Virus record (IMG/VR): IMGVR_UViG_3300020576_002828
Span: 3,017-67,016 of that record
Reading direction: 5' to 3' (one strand)
Length of the DNA: 64,000 bases
Source: a virus
Lineage: Duplodnaviria; Caudoviricetes
The position numbers and the translations under genes were made by a program. A model generated the notes under the pieces. That model was not told where the DNA came from and did not search any database. It saw only the letters and a program-made list of their open reading frames with translations. Each line of letters opens with the position of its first letter. Position 1 is the first letter of the stretch. Shown here piece by piece: positions 22,346-33,128 of this stretch.

Positions 22346-23465
22346 ATGCTAAATATACACTATTACATTTAGCCTGTCCAGTAGGTGTGATAGGAGCCAG
22401 AATACGCACCGAGCCGTTGAAGCGATTCTTTCCAAGATAACACAAGGAATATGAAAACCCCTTGTGGAATCGTACTGGCACGGTTAGGAGATGGTGGGGA
22501 ATCAGTGCCGGTGCCAAGGTGTCGACCACCACGTCAACTCCAATAGAATCGGCAGACGCGGCAATCACATCCCATTCACGGTTCATGATCACTGAATCGG
22601 CGCGGGTGTTCACGTTGGCCAAATCTTTTAGGCGATAACTATCCAGATTCGGTAATTTATATCCATACGGATTTGCAAACACGACAATACGCTTTGCATC
22701 AGGGAAGGAATCTACAAATGCGAGATATTCCTTTTCCTTCTGCGTCGATACTAATATCCGCACAGAATCTCGGATAATACCAGAGCGAGTGGCCCATGAT
22801 GCGACTACCCATGTAAGATATGATGTAGTAGTCGCGGTATTAAATACTCTGGCGGATGAATCGCTCAATACCACGAGTCGGGCTGCAGACGTATCTCGTA
22901 ATATCCATGTAGCGCGAAATCCTGAGACTGGTACGCCACCAGAAGTACGGGCGGATACTCGCAACGTCATACTACCACCACTCAATGGTGTGGGTGGATT
23001 CATGGAAAACCGCTGTGAGGGGCGAATCATTAACTGTTGACCAGATCGCCACGTCTGAGTGGTATATAATGGCCCAATGGCAAACCGCATCTGCCGTACA
23101 TGGGGTTGCACGGTGATGGTTACGGAATCACGGAAGGTACCAGATGACGTTTTCCATGAACCGACCAACCATGTTGTACGTGGTGTGGTAATCTTCATGG
23201 GATACAGAACCATCTTACTTGTGCCGGTCTTCACGACGGAAATTCCGGCTGAGTCGCGCACATTCCATGTAATGCCGGGAGCCGTGACCGGTACACCTGA
23301 AGACGTTCGTGCCACAGCAAATACTTCAATGGAGTCTACAACAGCGGCGGTAGTAACGTTTGGAATTACCATCACCTGTTGCCCACGCTTCCATACATAC
23401 TGTGCATGGGCAACATCGCTACTCAGAGCAAGTAGCATGATTGCATAACTGATTTTTTTAAGCAT
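22329..23465 (-). CDS. exported protein with two Ig-like repeats
   Basis: signal peptide ending AHA; two repeats ART.SGVPV....TW..RD...DSV.I.V. Confidence 0.7.
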   Translation of the reverse strand: MLKKISYAIMLLALSSDVAHAQYVWKRGQQVMVIPNVTTAAVVDSIEVFAVARTSSGVPVTAPGITWNVRDSAGISVVKTGTSKMVLYPMKITTPRTTWLVGSWKTSSGTFRDSVTITVQPHVRQMRFAIGPLYTTQTWRSGQQLMIRPSQRFSMNPPTPLSGGSMTLRVSARTSGGVPVSGFRATWILRDTSAARLVVLSDSSARVFNTATTTSYLTWVVASWATRSGIIRDSVRILVSTQKEKEYLAFVDSFPDAKRIVVFANPYGYKLPNLDSYRLKDLANVNTRADSVIMNREWDVIAASADSIGVDVVVDTLAPALIPHHLLTVPVRFHKGFSYSLCYLGKNRFNGSVRILAPITPTGQAKCNSVYLAYVAKP

Positions 23466-23471
23466 AACTGT

Positions 23472-23858
23472 TTAGAGTGGAAGATTGGACATCGTCTCCC
23501 CGTTGGTCGCAGGAGAGGTTTGATTGCACCGATCTTCGAATTTCCGACCGGTTTCAATCGCGGTTTGTTTCACGATAGCGGGCCATGCATTGGGTGCACC
23601 ATACTTCTTCAGTGCCCATTTGCAGAATTTCGCCCACTTTTTCAACAATTCCTGTGCTTCATTTGGAAGAATGGCGATATGGGCTTTATAGATATTACCT
23701 CCAAATGGTGCGCCGGGAAGATTCATCAGCTTCGATTGACCGGCAGATGCAGGATGTCCCGGCTTGGGATCAAGATCTGCAGCAATCGGATAACCATCAG
23801 CTTCAAACATACGTTGCATTTCTGCTTTAATCAAGCCCTGTAGTTCATCAAGCTTCAT
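23472..23858 (-). CDS. hypothetical, possible head protein
   Basis: ATGA-coupled; N-terminal LI..E...MFEA. Confidence 0.7.
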   Translation of the reverse strand: MKLDELQGLIKAEMQRMFEADGYPIAADLDPKPGHPASAGQSKLMNLPGAPFGGNIYKAHIAILPNEAQELLKKWAKFCKWALKKYGAPNAWPAIVKQTAIETGRKFEDRCNQTSPATNGETMSNLPL

Positions 23859-24745
23859 CGATCTGGTCCAAAACGAGTAGGGTTGTTGTGGTAATCATCA
23901 TCTTCCTTGGACTGACGTTCGGCATCCGGATCATCGTATTTATCCGGTGGTAAATCTTGCGGCATTAAATCTTTCAAGGATGGCGTGGTTGGTGCGGGTT
24001 CCTGTGCTTTACCTGCACGACGGGCCATTAATTCCTTGGCATAGGTCATGGCTTGGTCGGCATAAAATCCTTCACCATTTGGATTTTCGCGACCCGACGC
24101 CTTACTTGCTGCCCATGCATCCTTAATCGCATATTCCAATTCATCACTGGTCATACTACGGGCCTTGCGTTCTTCCTTTTCCCAATCCAATACTTTATGC
24201 ATGGTATCGTTGCTCTTGGGATATCCGGCCTTGAATTCCTTATCCTTCGCTAACTGCTTCGAAATACGCTGTAAGGACTTTTGTGCCTGTGGACTGAGGT
24301 GATCCCAATCGGCACCATTATCCTTCATCTTACGAAGAATTGTGGCCAACTTCTGCATACGCTGTAATTTCTGGACCTGTTGTGGATCGTCTTTATGGTG
24401 AGACGACGCAAAGGCAGCAGTTGCGGTGGCCATTTTTTGTGGAGAATCCGGATCGGCATTTAACTGATCTTCTGCGTCCTGATAATCTGAATCATGGTTT
24501 TCATCATCGTTAGGATCGACTTTGACGAGTTTGCCGTTGACACTTTTGGCGACGAGATTTCCATCTTCATCATAGTAGCGACCCCACCCTCTATGTGTTA
24601 ATCCCAACGCTTCGGCATCTTCACCAGCAGAGGATTCTGTAATAATGGAATCAACTATTTTCTTTAATAGAAATGGTTTATTCACAGTATATGCAGACGC
24701 TTTCATGATCAAGGACTCCACCGGAGTTAAAACGTATTTCTTCAT
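23855..24745 (-). CDS. hypothetical, possible head protein
   Basis: LGLTHRGWGRYYDEDGNLVAKS module shared with 27023-29722. Confidence 0.75.
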   Translation of the reverse strand: MKKYVLTPVESLIMKASAYTVNKPFLLKKIVDSIITESSAGEDAEALGLTHRGWGRYYDEDGNLVAKSVNGKLVKVDPNDDENHDSDYQDAEDQLNADPDSPQKMATATAAFASSHHKDDPQQVQKLQRMQKLATILRKMKDNGADWDHLSPQAQKSLQRISKQLAKDKEFKAGYPKSNDTMHKVLDWEKEERKARSMTSDELEYAIKDAWAASKASGRENPNGEGFYADQAMTYAKELMARRAGKAQEPAPTTPSLKDLMPQDLPPDKYDDPDAERQSKEDDDYHNNPTRFGPDR

Positions 24746-24753
24746 AATATATC

Positions 24754-25071
24754 CTAGTGTGGCGTAATGCCATATTTAAATACCCAAACTTCAACTGCGG
24801 CCCAAAGTAATCCTATTGCAACGGGAATCAAATCTCGCCATGTCGGAAAGATGGGTTCTTTTGGTCCTAAAATAATCCAGTGCCACGTAAGCCATGTCCA
24901 GAGCGGTAAAAAGAAAAAGCGCCAATTGGTATAGCGTAAGACTTCTCGTACAGTATCGGATAAGGTATCACGTTGACCGGGAAGCAGCGTATAACATTCA
25001 TACACTAACAGTACCACAAAAATCCACAACCAGATACGTCGATGTGGCCAGTTAACGAAGAATGCATCCAC
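24754..25071 (-). CDS. multi-pass membrane protein (holin candidate)
   Basis: three hydrophobic segments, near endolysin. Confidence 0.6.
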   Translation of the reverse strand: MDAFFVNWPHRRIWLWIFVVLLVYECYTLLPGQRDTLSDTVREVLRYTNWRFFFLPLWTWLTWHWIILGPKEPIFPTWRDLIPVAIGLLWAAVEVWVFKYGITPH

Positions 25072-25073
25072 GT

Positions 25074-25400
25074 TTATTCCCCGTAGAAATATACATGTTG
25101 GAGACGGAATTCGACTAACGAGCGATCATTCTTGGTTTTGACATCATTGAGGAAATGAAGCATGAGTTCGTTGACCGGCATATCTAGCAACTCAGCCACG
25201 GTCGTGATTTCAATGCGACGTTCAGGGCGAGCATGAGCGGCAGCAGCGTTTAAACTCTCAGTCTTCGACATCTCCGGAATCAACTTCTTGCGTAGCGATT
25301 CTAATTTAGCCGCCACATCAGGAGACTTTTCTTTAGCTTCCTTGATCATTTTCTGAAGCTCTTCCCGAACAATTTTACTGGCAACATCTTGAATGGACAT
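25074..25400 (-). CDS. hypothetical protein
   Basis: start MSIQ; IVREELQKMIKE motif. Confidence 0.7.
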   Translation of the reverse strand: MSIQDVASKIVREELQKMIKEAKEKSPDVAAKLESLRKKLIPEMSKTESLNAAAAHARPERRIEITTVAELLDMPVNELMLHFLNDVKTKNDRSLVEFRLQHVYFYGE

Positions 25401-25449
25401 AAGGGATCTCAGGGTAAGGTGTATCTTGTATAAATAGTGTTTGTTTATA

Positions 25450-26304
25450 TTAGGCGAGTTTCCAACCACGATATGTTTTTCGTTCTCCATGGGCCACTCT
25501 TCGCAAACAATTAGATACTATTCCGTGGTTTCTAGCAAACTTGCTCAGATCAGTTATATCGGTATATACAGTTCCATCGGGAGATATTAAAGGTGGCCAT
25601 GATTTTACATTAGTGGGTCCGTTTTTTTCATATTGCAATTTTTTCGTATTACTGATCTTCAATTTCACATCATCGGTCATCTGCGATTTTCTGATGGGTG
25701 ACATTTTAGCTTTAAACTCTGGATCTGACCAAACTTCTTTTAATGCTTGTGACTGTCTGTCTTTATATTCTTGTGTTCTGGGAGGCATTAACTTTCCAAT
25801 CATAGAATTTCGCTTTTTCTCATTAGTCTCAGCCGATACAATTCGCCCTTTACCAGACTCTGAAATTTTACGTTTTGTTTCGTCTGAATGTCTCTTACCT
25901 AAAGAATGACGAGAATGATTAATGCTTATTTTTCTTTTTGTTTCGTCTGAATGTTTAAATCCAGTTTTTAATACAGACATTTTCTTTCTAACTTCTTCGG
26001 ACATAATAAACCCAGAATTTCCACCGGTAGTAGAATTATAGCCAAATCGTTTATCTGTCGCATTATGTTTAATAATCCATTTGGTTTCGCATAAATCCAA
26101 TTCTGCAAGAGTAGAACATTCTTGAATAACTTCGAATTTAAACGAATCTTCTCCATATTTGTTCCACGCTGATTGAAGATGTTTATTAGGATGCGAATTA
26201 GTATTAAATTTCGCTCTATGATTCACCCATCGAGACTTACCCAATCTAGTTTGACCGATATATACCTTATTATTGACTAAATTTAATATTTTATAAATAT
26301 ACAT
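25450..26304 (-). mobile_element. free-standing GIY-YIG homing endonuclease with NUMOD3 repeats
   Basis: YIYKI....N.KVYIGQT, HSDETKRKIS repeats, visibly AT-rich. Confidence 0.9.
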
Positions 26305-26348
26305 GATAGTAGTGGTATGAGTTAATGTACCATCTATACATATCACGA

Positions 26349-27026
26349 TTACAAACTTTTAAGCATATTGATTAGAGGTGGATATGGATATACATCAAAT
26401 TTATCCTTGCGCACGCTAGAATGCGCCCATATCCCTCTTTCACCCATCAAAGCTCTTTTATCGATATCGAATATTTCATCGCCTTTATATTTCAGATCTA
26501 TATCCCACGTTTGACCTAAATACAATAACAACTCACGGGTGTTATCTAATTGGGCTTCTGTATATTTCTGATAGAATTTGTATCCTCTAAACGGAACACT
26601 TAGTTCACAGACATCTACGTCAGCTATTCTAGCACCAGTGTATGCATAGAATCCTGTACTTTTCTCTGTTAAAAATCCAAAATTACAGATCTCAATGCCA
26701 ACCGACATCTGATTGAGCCATGTAGACGTTTTGCCGCCTTTGACTAAATGAGATGCCTTGAGTCCTAAATGCCATGCCCAATGCTTGGAACTGAAGCATT
26801 GAATAATATCGCCGTCTTTCCATCGGGCGTTTCCACCAGCAGGACGACCCGCAATCACAAACGACGTAGCAACGCGTTCTGGGGTATGTCGCCACCAATC
26901 CAAAACCCCATAGGGATCGGGGGAACTAGCGGTGTGATGTACATAAATCTGATGCTTAGCTGTCTCTTCTTTTATGAAGTGGGCATCACCTAATGGCGTC
27001 CAAATAATCTTTTCTAATACGGTCAT
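26349..27026 (-). CDS. N-acetylmuramoyl-L-alanine amidase (endolysin)
   Basis: IYVHHTA, AWH, S.GIE, H...R.DK.D. Confidence 0.9.
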   Translation of the reverse strand: MTVLEKIIWTPLGDAHFIKEETAKHQIYVHHTASSPDPYGVLDWWRHTPERVATSFVIAGRPAGGNARWKDGDIIQCFSSKHWAWHLGLKASHLVKGGKTSTWLNQMSVGIEICNFGFLTEKSTGFYAYTGARIADVDVCELSVPFRGYKFYQKYTEAQLDNTRELLLYLGQTWDIDLKYKGDEIFDIDKRALMGERGIWAHSSVRKDKFDVYPYPPLINMLKSL

Positions 27027-29722
27027 TTAGTATCTCTAATTGGGGGTTTTTCTGTACGTGCATATTCTGGTGCAACGATATCATCTATCACCATATTAAA
27101 TGAACTCAGTGATCCGTCTATATCGCCAGCATATCGCCATTTTACAATGACGTTTTTCGAATCGGTTGACTGTATATCGCCGCTAGTAAATGTCTGATTT
27201 TGCATCAGTTGATGTGTGGCACCGGCATTTAATACTGCTTCCCCAATCTTACCAAATAATAACGAAGTTGGATCTTCTATTTCTTTCCCCTTTGCTTTAC
27301 GGTCATTATTGGTTTTAAGCATATGTTGTCGTAAACGAGTCATTCGCGTACTAGCATTTGCAATAGAAATACCATAGTAATTGCATAATAATTCTTGCAT
27401 GTATTCATCATTGAAGATATCATCTAATAATTTTGACGCATATTGTAATCCCTTTTCAGCGTCATCTTTTCCGAAATCACTTAATCCTTTTTTGAAAAAC
27501 TTTATGATAGCAGGATTGACGTTAGGATCGAATTCATGGAAATTTACCAATCCAGAAATGGCAGGAGTTGCACCACCCCTTTCTACTTTTAAGTTTCCCT
27601 GTGCGTCAGTCTTATGGGTTACACCAGATTTAACTGATGTAAGATCGATATCGCTTAACATCATAGAAATATTTGAATCAACATCTAATAACTCTTCAAG
27701 TGATGGAGCGACCGGAGAAGATTGTGGTGTAATGGCAATGTGGTCAATAGATTTACCATTGGACATCTTCGAAAAAAATACGGTTTTGTTTTTGCGCAAT
27801 GCCATAAGCGCAGACATATGTTCAGCTAATGCGCTTGCGATATAGCGTAGTCTCGGATCACGTGCAAATTTTTGTACGAATGTTACCCACTTATCATTAA
27901 AGTCGGCATCTGGTTCTACCCCTTCTGGCACTTCTGCGAAGGTATCCAACATATTGAGAATTTGTATTTGTTCATCATTGAATGCACCATCTTTACTCGT
28001 GCGTGCTGCATTAGTGATTTGCAATTTTACGTCAGCTACATAGGTTTTGAGGTCAGCCGTACCGTTAAATTGTATATGATTACCGTGCATAGACTGTAAT
28101 ACCTTTAACCGTTTCTGGTACATAACCACCGCATCACTAACGGTTTTACTGACTCGCTGAATGTCCAGTTCGGTAGGATTGGAGATACCATGCAATGCAC
28201 CCGTGGTGTTGGCAATCGACCGTGCCTTTTGCTCATATAGCTGTAATTGTTCTACCAGCATTTGAATTTGCGCAACAGATTTATCAATGGGTACTATTAA
28301 TGGCAACTTGATCCCACCGAAATCCAACATATCATTACCAACATCGGCGGTGTACAGTGGACCTATGGTTGGTTGAATATTCACAACGGGTTTATGCCGA
28401 AATACATATGACGGTTCACACAATGTTTTTAATGTCACATTCGTCCTAACATGATTTTCATAATTGTCTTTACCTAATATATCTTTAAAGAACTGGTGTA
28501 ATACATCACCTTGTATATTCTTAGAATAATAATCGGATCTATTGGTAAAAATATCCTTTGATCTATCGAAGAAATTATCTATGTTCGGAGCATCATCGCT
28601 ATTAAATTGTTTTAACACTTCAAAGGTAAATTTGTTGGCCTTGGAATTGGTTCGCATTTCATATTTTTCTATGAATAAAATAGCGTCGTCCGCAGATGGA
28701 TTTTCTAATAACTTATCTAAGTCAGCCACTGCTGATTGTAATATCTCATATTGTGCCTGTGTGTATTCAACGGTTGTAACTCCATTATTTCGTCTTTCTA
28801 CAGATTCTTTAACTTCATTTAGATATCGGTGTACGGACTTACTGATAGCTTGCAATTTCTTACGATCTTGCACGAGAGGTATCTCTGTTGGCGTTTCTGC
28901 TGGTACTTCTGCCGGTACTTCTACTGGTGCCGGTACCTCTTTGGGCGGTTCTTTCTTTTGCTTCTGTGGAGCGGATGCCTGTGTTGCCGCATAAAATTCC
29001 GCAGCCGCTGCCATCACATCCTTGTATATATTGAATGACTTAGATGGATCTTTTAGATTTGTATATACCAATGGAATTGCTTTTTTTCCCAATATTAAGT
29101 GGGAAGGCATTTTACCACCTTCGGTATTCGTCATTAAACCGGGAAATGACCCAATCTTACTATTAGGAGATAATCGAAATAACTTCAATTCCTTAGGATT
29201 ATCACGGTCACCATATTTAATGACCGTCGATTCTGGATTGACGCTATTATCATATTGTTGTTTAAAGGCGAAATGCAAAAATTTCTTAAATTTATCGGGA
29301 AACTTTTGCAATGCTCCCATATTGGCAAGTGTTTCTTTATTACTTGAAACTTGGGAGATGGCATTGCGATCTGGATCATTATCCACATCCAAATCGTCTG
29401 CTGAGGTAGGATCATCTGACGATTTATTGTCGGCATCTGACGGGACTTCACGGTTTAAACGTACCAATTGGGTGGTGCCGTCCGATAATGTTACGGATTG
29501 GGCTACCACCTTCCCTGTCGAGTCAGCCCAGTAGCCATATGCCGTGTGATGCAGTCCAAGCTTACGGGCCGTCTCTGCGGCCTTAGACACGGGTTCTTGA
29601 CCACCAGCAGAGGTAATAGGCTTATCATCCCCCTCTTTTTCTAGCAAGGGGACGGGTGGACGGGCATCAGGGAACAACTCGTACATATACTGCGTGTATT
29701 CATTCATAAGAAAATCCTCCAT
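27023..29722 (-). CDS. 899-aa hypothetical protein, probable virion protein
   Basis: long ORF; N-terminal LGLHHTAYGYWADSTGKVVAQS module. Confidence 0.8.
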   Translation of the reverse strand: MEDFLMNEYTQYMYELFPDARPPVPLLEKEGDDKPITSAGGQEPVSKAAETARKLGLHHTAYGYWADSTGKVVAQSVTLSDGTTQLVRLNREVPSDADNKSSDDPTSADDLDVDNDPDRNAISQVSSNKETLANMGALQKFPDKFKKFLHFAFKQQYDNSVNPESTVIKYGDRDNPKELKLFRLSPNSKIGSFPGLMTNTEGGKMPSHLILGKKAIPLVYTNLKDPSKSFNIYKDVMAAAAEFYAATQASAPQKQKKEPPKEVPAPVEVPAEVPAETPTEIPLVQDRKKLQAISKSVHRYLNEVKESVERRNNGVTTVEYTQAQYEILQSAVADLDKLLENPSADDAILFIEKYEMRTNSKANKFTFEVLKQFNSDDAPNIDNFFDRSKDIFTNRSDYYSKNIQGDVLHQFFKDILGKDNYENHVRTNVTLKTLCEPSYVFRHKPVVNIQPTIGPLYTADVGNDMLDFGGIKLPLIVPIDKSVAQIQMLVEQLQLYEQKARSIANTTGALHGISNPTELDIQRVSKTVSDAVVMYQKRLKVLQSMHGNHIQFNGTADLKTYVADVKLQITNAARTSKDGAFNDEQIQILNMLDTFAEVPEGVEPDADFNDKWVTFVQKFARDPRLRYIASALAEHMSALMALRKNKTVFFSKMSNGKSIDHIAITPQSSPVAPSLEELLDVDSNISMMLSDIDLTSVKSGVTHKTDAQGNLKVERGGATPAISGLVNFHEFDPNVNPAIIKFFKKGLSDFGKDDAEKGLQYASKLLDDIFNDEYMQELLCNYYGISIANASTRMTRLRQHMLKTNNDRKAKGKEIEDPTSLLFGKIGEAVLNAGATHQLMQNQTFTSGDIQSTDSKNVIVKWRYAGDIDGSLSSFNMVIDDIVAPEYARTEKPPIRDTK

Positions 29723-29751
29723 TGCTATAAATAGGCAATGGAGGAGTCTCG

Positions 29752-29916
29752 TTACGAATCTGGGATAATTAATACGTCATCATGGGGCTTCTTTTTCTTC
29801 TTTTCAGCTTTTCGGACTTCTTCGGAATGTTTCTGTCCTTTCTTGATTTTCTGAAAGGATTCACGAGGTAGCTCATCATCGTCATCTACCTCTAAGTAAT
29901 GCGACCACTTAGGCAT
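29752..29916 (-). CDS. 54-aa acidic/basic peptide
   Basis: hand-translated; 8-nt overlap with HAD stop. Confidence 0.6.
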   Translation of the reverse strand: MPKWSHYLEVDDDDELPRESFQKIKKGQKHSEEVRKAEKKKKKPHDDVLIIPDS

Positions 29917-30664
29917 ATCCCACTCTGGTTAATTGATCGTTAAAGGGAACAAACTCAATTCTATCCGGCAGATCCGCAATAGAGTTAATCTGTAGGGTTG
30001 GCGACACATGCTGTTGGTCATAACCCCACGGATGACCACTCATAACTAGTACGGATCGCATGTTGACCGCTTTAGCAGACATCACATCATCTCGCATAGA
30101 ATCCCCCACCAAAATCGTCTCGTCAATATTCAACTCGTGGTCGACGATAATATTGTTGAGTTCGTGTCCCGACTTATGGGGCACAATGTATTGATGGCTG
30201 GTTGGAAAGAACCGTGTTAGATTATGCTTGATGATTTTTTCCTGTTGGACGTTATAATCACCTTTGGTATATAAGAAGAGTTTGATATGATGATCACTCA
30301 ACCACGTCAGGGTTTCAATGGCTCCTGCAATCAATTCATAGGGAGCGTGAAAGACTGACTCACCCAACAAAAAGGATTGCTCTGCCGCCGTTTCGTCTAC
30401 TGACTTTCCAGAGAGAATATCCAACGTTACCGAGGCTGCCGCAAAGGACCGAGGAAAACGATCTTTACCCCATCCATTCGCTAGCGTCGTGCACTCTAAA
30501 TCGATGTGATGGAGAATAGATTCACAGAAGCGTTCAGGTAGTCCAGTACGCTTGGCATTGAATTCTGCAAAATCCTTTCGACACTTGATATAATACTTCC
30601 CACAGACCAGAATGGTGTCATCCATATCAAAAATGACATTTTCTACATTAAGTAGCGTGTTCAT
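29909..30664 (-). CDS. HAD-family hydrolase
   Basis: FDMDDT, VGDSMRDD. Confidence 0.88.
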   Translation of the reverse strand: MNTLLNVENVIFDMDDTILVCGKYYIKCRKDFAEFNAKRTGLPERFCESILHHIDLECTTLANGWGKDRFPRSFAAASVTLDILSGKSVDETAAEQSFLLGESVFHAPYELIAGAIETLTWLSDHHIKLFLYTKGDYNVQQEKIIKHNLTRFFPTSHQYIVPHKSGHELNNIIVDHELNIDETILVGDSMRDDVMSAKAVNMRSVLVMSGHPWGYDQQHVSPTLQINSIADLPDRIEFVPFNDQLTRVGYA

Positions 30665-31245
30665 GTGAGTGAATATCTAGGTGGTATAGGATCTTTAGTG
30701 AGTGCAAATTTGATCAGTATTTCAGTGAGTTGATCTTGTACATCACTGATATAGACCGGATCGTTGAATAGATAGGCATCGAATCTATCGTACCCGTCTA
30801 AAGCGGTTTCACTGATATGTTGACGGGCTTCTGGGGTCAGTGAGTTGTTTTCTGCACGAATGGGTGCATGAATTCGAACAACGCGTCCACCATGTGATTT
30901 AATGAAATCTACTTCATTTGGAAATCGCACATCAGGAATTACGAAATCATTGATCCCGGAATAATCGTGCAACACCTTAAACCATGTGAAAATCGTATTA
31001 CACCAGATATCTTCACCAAACGCCATACGCCCTCGTTCAGTCCCTTCTTCCTGTAATAATTTCCGAACATGTGGGGGTTTTGTTACAAAGACTTCTTCAT
31101 ACGTGGCCAACCCTTTACCAACCAACCATACCTTAAAATGCCATGCCAATGAAAAGGTAAAATACTTTTGTGGTTGTAGATATTTGTTGGTAATAAAATC
31201 TTTTCCCACCCCCGCTTTTCCAGAAATTCCAATCACATTAATCAT
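30661..31245 (-). CDS. deoxynucleoside monophosphate kinase
   Basis: GISGKAGVGKD, R.LLQ..GTE.GR, VI.DVRFPNE, H.SE. Confidence 0.88.
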   Translation of the reverse strand: MINVIGISGKAGVGKDFITNKYLQPQKYFTFSLAWHFKVWLVGKGLATYEEVFVTKPPHVRKLLQEEGTERGRMAFGEDIWCNTIFTWFKVLHDYSGINDFVIPDVRFPNEVDFIKSHGGRVVRIHAPIRAENNSLTPEARQHISETALDGYDRFDAYLFNDPVYISDVQDQLTEILIKFALTKDPIPPRYSLT

Positions 31246-31486
31246 AATCGGCCTCATCGCCATCTATATCATAAATTATATCATCAGTATCATCGAAAAT
31301 ATTGTCATCAGAATCGTCAAGATCAATATCTTCCAAATAGTCTTCAATTTTTTCATTAGCAATCCGCGCCTCTTCCCATATATCCCGAAAGGTCGGATCT
31401 TTAATGCTCTCTGGTGAAATGTCCTTTAGGGTTTTGTCTAATCCTTCAGACTGAATGATGCTATTAATTTCTTGGAGCGAATACAT
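31238..31486 (-). CDS. small protein with acidic tail
   Basis: Asp-rich C-terminus. Confidence 0.7.
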   Translation of the reverse strand: MYSLQEINSIIQSEGLDKTLKDISPESIKDPTFRDIWEEARIANEKIEDYLEDIDLDDSDDNIFDDTDDIIYDIDGDEADYD

Positions 31487-31493
31487 ATTATAC

Positions 31494-32327
31494 TCAGGTA
31501 AAAGAAATGCCATTAACAGGTGATGTTGCCGGTTTAGCACTGTTTAGTTCATTCCGCCGAGGTAGATATCCCCACTTCCATTCGAAATATTCAAAGGACT
31601 GAAGCTCGGCAGACTGATGTTTAAATAGAGATTCGGGGGTCTTTTTCGCAGATACCGACGTAAAATGGTAAAATGCGACATTGATAATGCGAAGACACGT
31701 AAGACCAGCTAATTCAGCACGAAGAAAGAAGTCCCAATCCGCAACCGCAGGAGATGGAAATTGGTTGTCAATGCCGTTTAAAATCATGTACCACTTTTTT
31801 TCCATGAAGAGTGGCCACGTTTGACCCGCCTTGGAATATTGCCATGCATTTCTGCTGATGATATCGGCAAATTTCGCATACGCGTCAAATTCAAACGTAT
31901 CTGCCGTAATCCCAAAATCTTTGATGATAAAGTCTGGGAAGATACTTGGGCGGGGTTCGATCTGGTTGGGCGTCAACACATGATCGGGTTTAAACGCGGC
32001 ATTCAATGAGGTGTCCCAATGCGGCGGGAAGACATTATCATCATTGACCACGAGAATACGGTCATTAGTAGCCAGTGTAACGCCGGTATTATGCGCGATG
32101 GTCTGTCCCTTATTCACTGGGAAGACCACCATATCAACCAATGGGAACTCTTGCTCTACGATGGCTTCTGTGGCGGGATCAGGCCCATCAACGACTAAGA
32201 CGACCTGATGTCCAATCGTATCTTGATGGGTGTAGAGGGAGCGTAGACATAATCGCACATAGTCAGGGTTCTGATGTGTGATGATGACAACGCTAATCGG
32301 GTGACTTGTGTGGTCCGAAGATGACAT
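31494..32327 (-). CDS. GT2 glycosyltransferase
   Basis: SVVI, VVDG, NDD, DWD. Confidence 0.88.
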   Translation of the reverse strand: MSSSDHTSHPISVVIITHQNPDYVRLCLRSLYTHQDTIGHQVVLVVDGPDPATEAIVEQEFPLVDMVVFPVNKGQTIAHNTGVTLATNDRILVVNDDNVFPPHWDTSLNAAFKPDHVLTPNQIEPRPSIFPDFIIKDFGITADTFEFDAYAKFADIISRNAWQYSKAGQTWPLFMEKKWYMILNGIDNQFPSPAVADWDFFLRAELAGLTCLRIINVAFYHFTSVSAKKTPESLFKHQSAELQSFEYFEWKWGYLPRRNELNSAKPATSPVNGISFT

Positions 32328-32395
32328 AATAGATGAATACTAAAAGAGGGTACGTCCACATTAATACCGCAAAATATGACACCACCAACATTTGG

Positions 32396-32767
32396 TCAAG
32401 TGCCATGTGTCATCTCCCATACGATGATGTCAACGATATCCGCGATCTCATCGAACGACATTTTATAGTCATCGTTCATGGTAGGAAATGATACCAGTTG
32501 CACTCCCGGTAGGTATGCATCAAGAAGAGATATACCGCTGCCACCTAAGAATGCATGTGTTTCCGGAAATCTGCCGTTATGAATTGTTCCGTGGGCTTCG
32601 TCCTTTTGTACCGGAGTATCACCTGATATACACGTGGCTACGCCCAAGCAACAATATGAATCTCCTCTACGAAGCCGCCCCTCAGCTTGTCGGTATGTGC
32701 CACTCCGAAGTGCGGCAGACCACTTTTTGAGAAACTTGATCTGTTCCTTCTTGCTGACGCGAGCCAT
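32396..32767 (-). CDS. conserved phage hypothetical protein
   Basis: W..ALRSG.Y.Q..G.L....YCCLGV..ND...SF.EIAD. Confidence 0.75.
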   Translation of the reverse strand: MARVSKKEQIKFLKKWSAALRSGTYRQAEGRLRRGDSYCCLGVATCISGDTPVQKDEAHGTIHNGRFPETHAFLGGSGISLLDAYLPGVQLVSFPTMNDDYKMSFDEIADIVDIIVWEMTHGT

Positions 32768-32769
32768 GG

Positions 32770-33084
32770 TTAGGATGGTTTACGGTTATTGAAGAATGCC
32801 AGCATGACGAGTTGTACCCCACATCCCACACAAGCCAAAAACAGGGCAAAGATACCGGGGAAGAACATCACGGTACCGAACACGAAGTGAAAGATCAATG
32901 TCACCACGGCCATGCGCGGGGATGCCCGCATCTGATCATAGAACGTGGCCTGTGACACCGGGGTGAAAAAAGCCCGATAGAAGAGCGGCATGGCCAGCAG
33001 AAACCACAGGATCACGTTCATCATACCAGCCATCACCCATACTTCCATCGGGGACAGGCTGTGAATCCACTCATAGTAGGACAA
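32770..33084 (-). CDS. membrane protein
   Basis: hydrophobic segments. Confidence 0.7.
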   Translation of the reverse strand: MSYYEWIHSLSPMEVWVMAGMMNVILWFLLAMPLFYRAFFTPVSQATFYDQMRASPRMAVVTLIFHFVFGTVMFFPGIFALFLACVGCGVQLVMLAFFNNRKPS

Positions 33085-33128
33085 CGAAACCTCCGTAAAA
33101 GGGTATACTGAAATATACCCTTTATTCC

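Noticed and set aside
25450-26346. Group I intron around the GIY-YIG ORF
   Set aside because: Flanking genes are complete and there is no room for ribozyme elements
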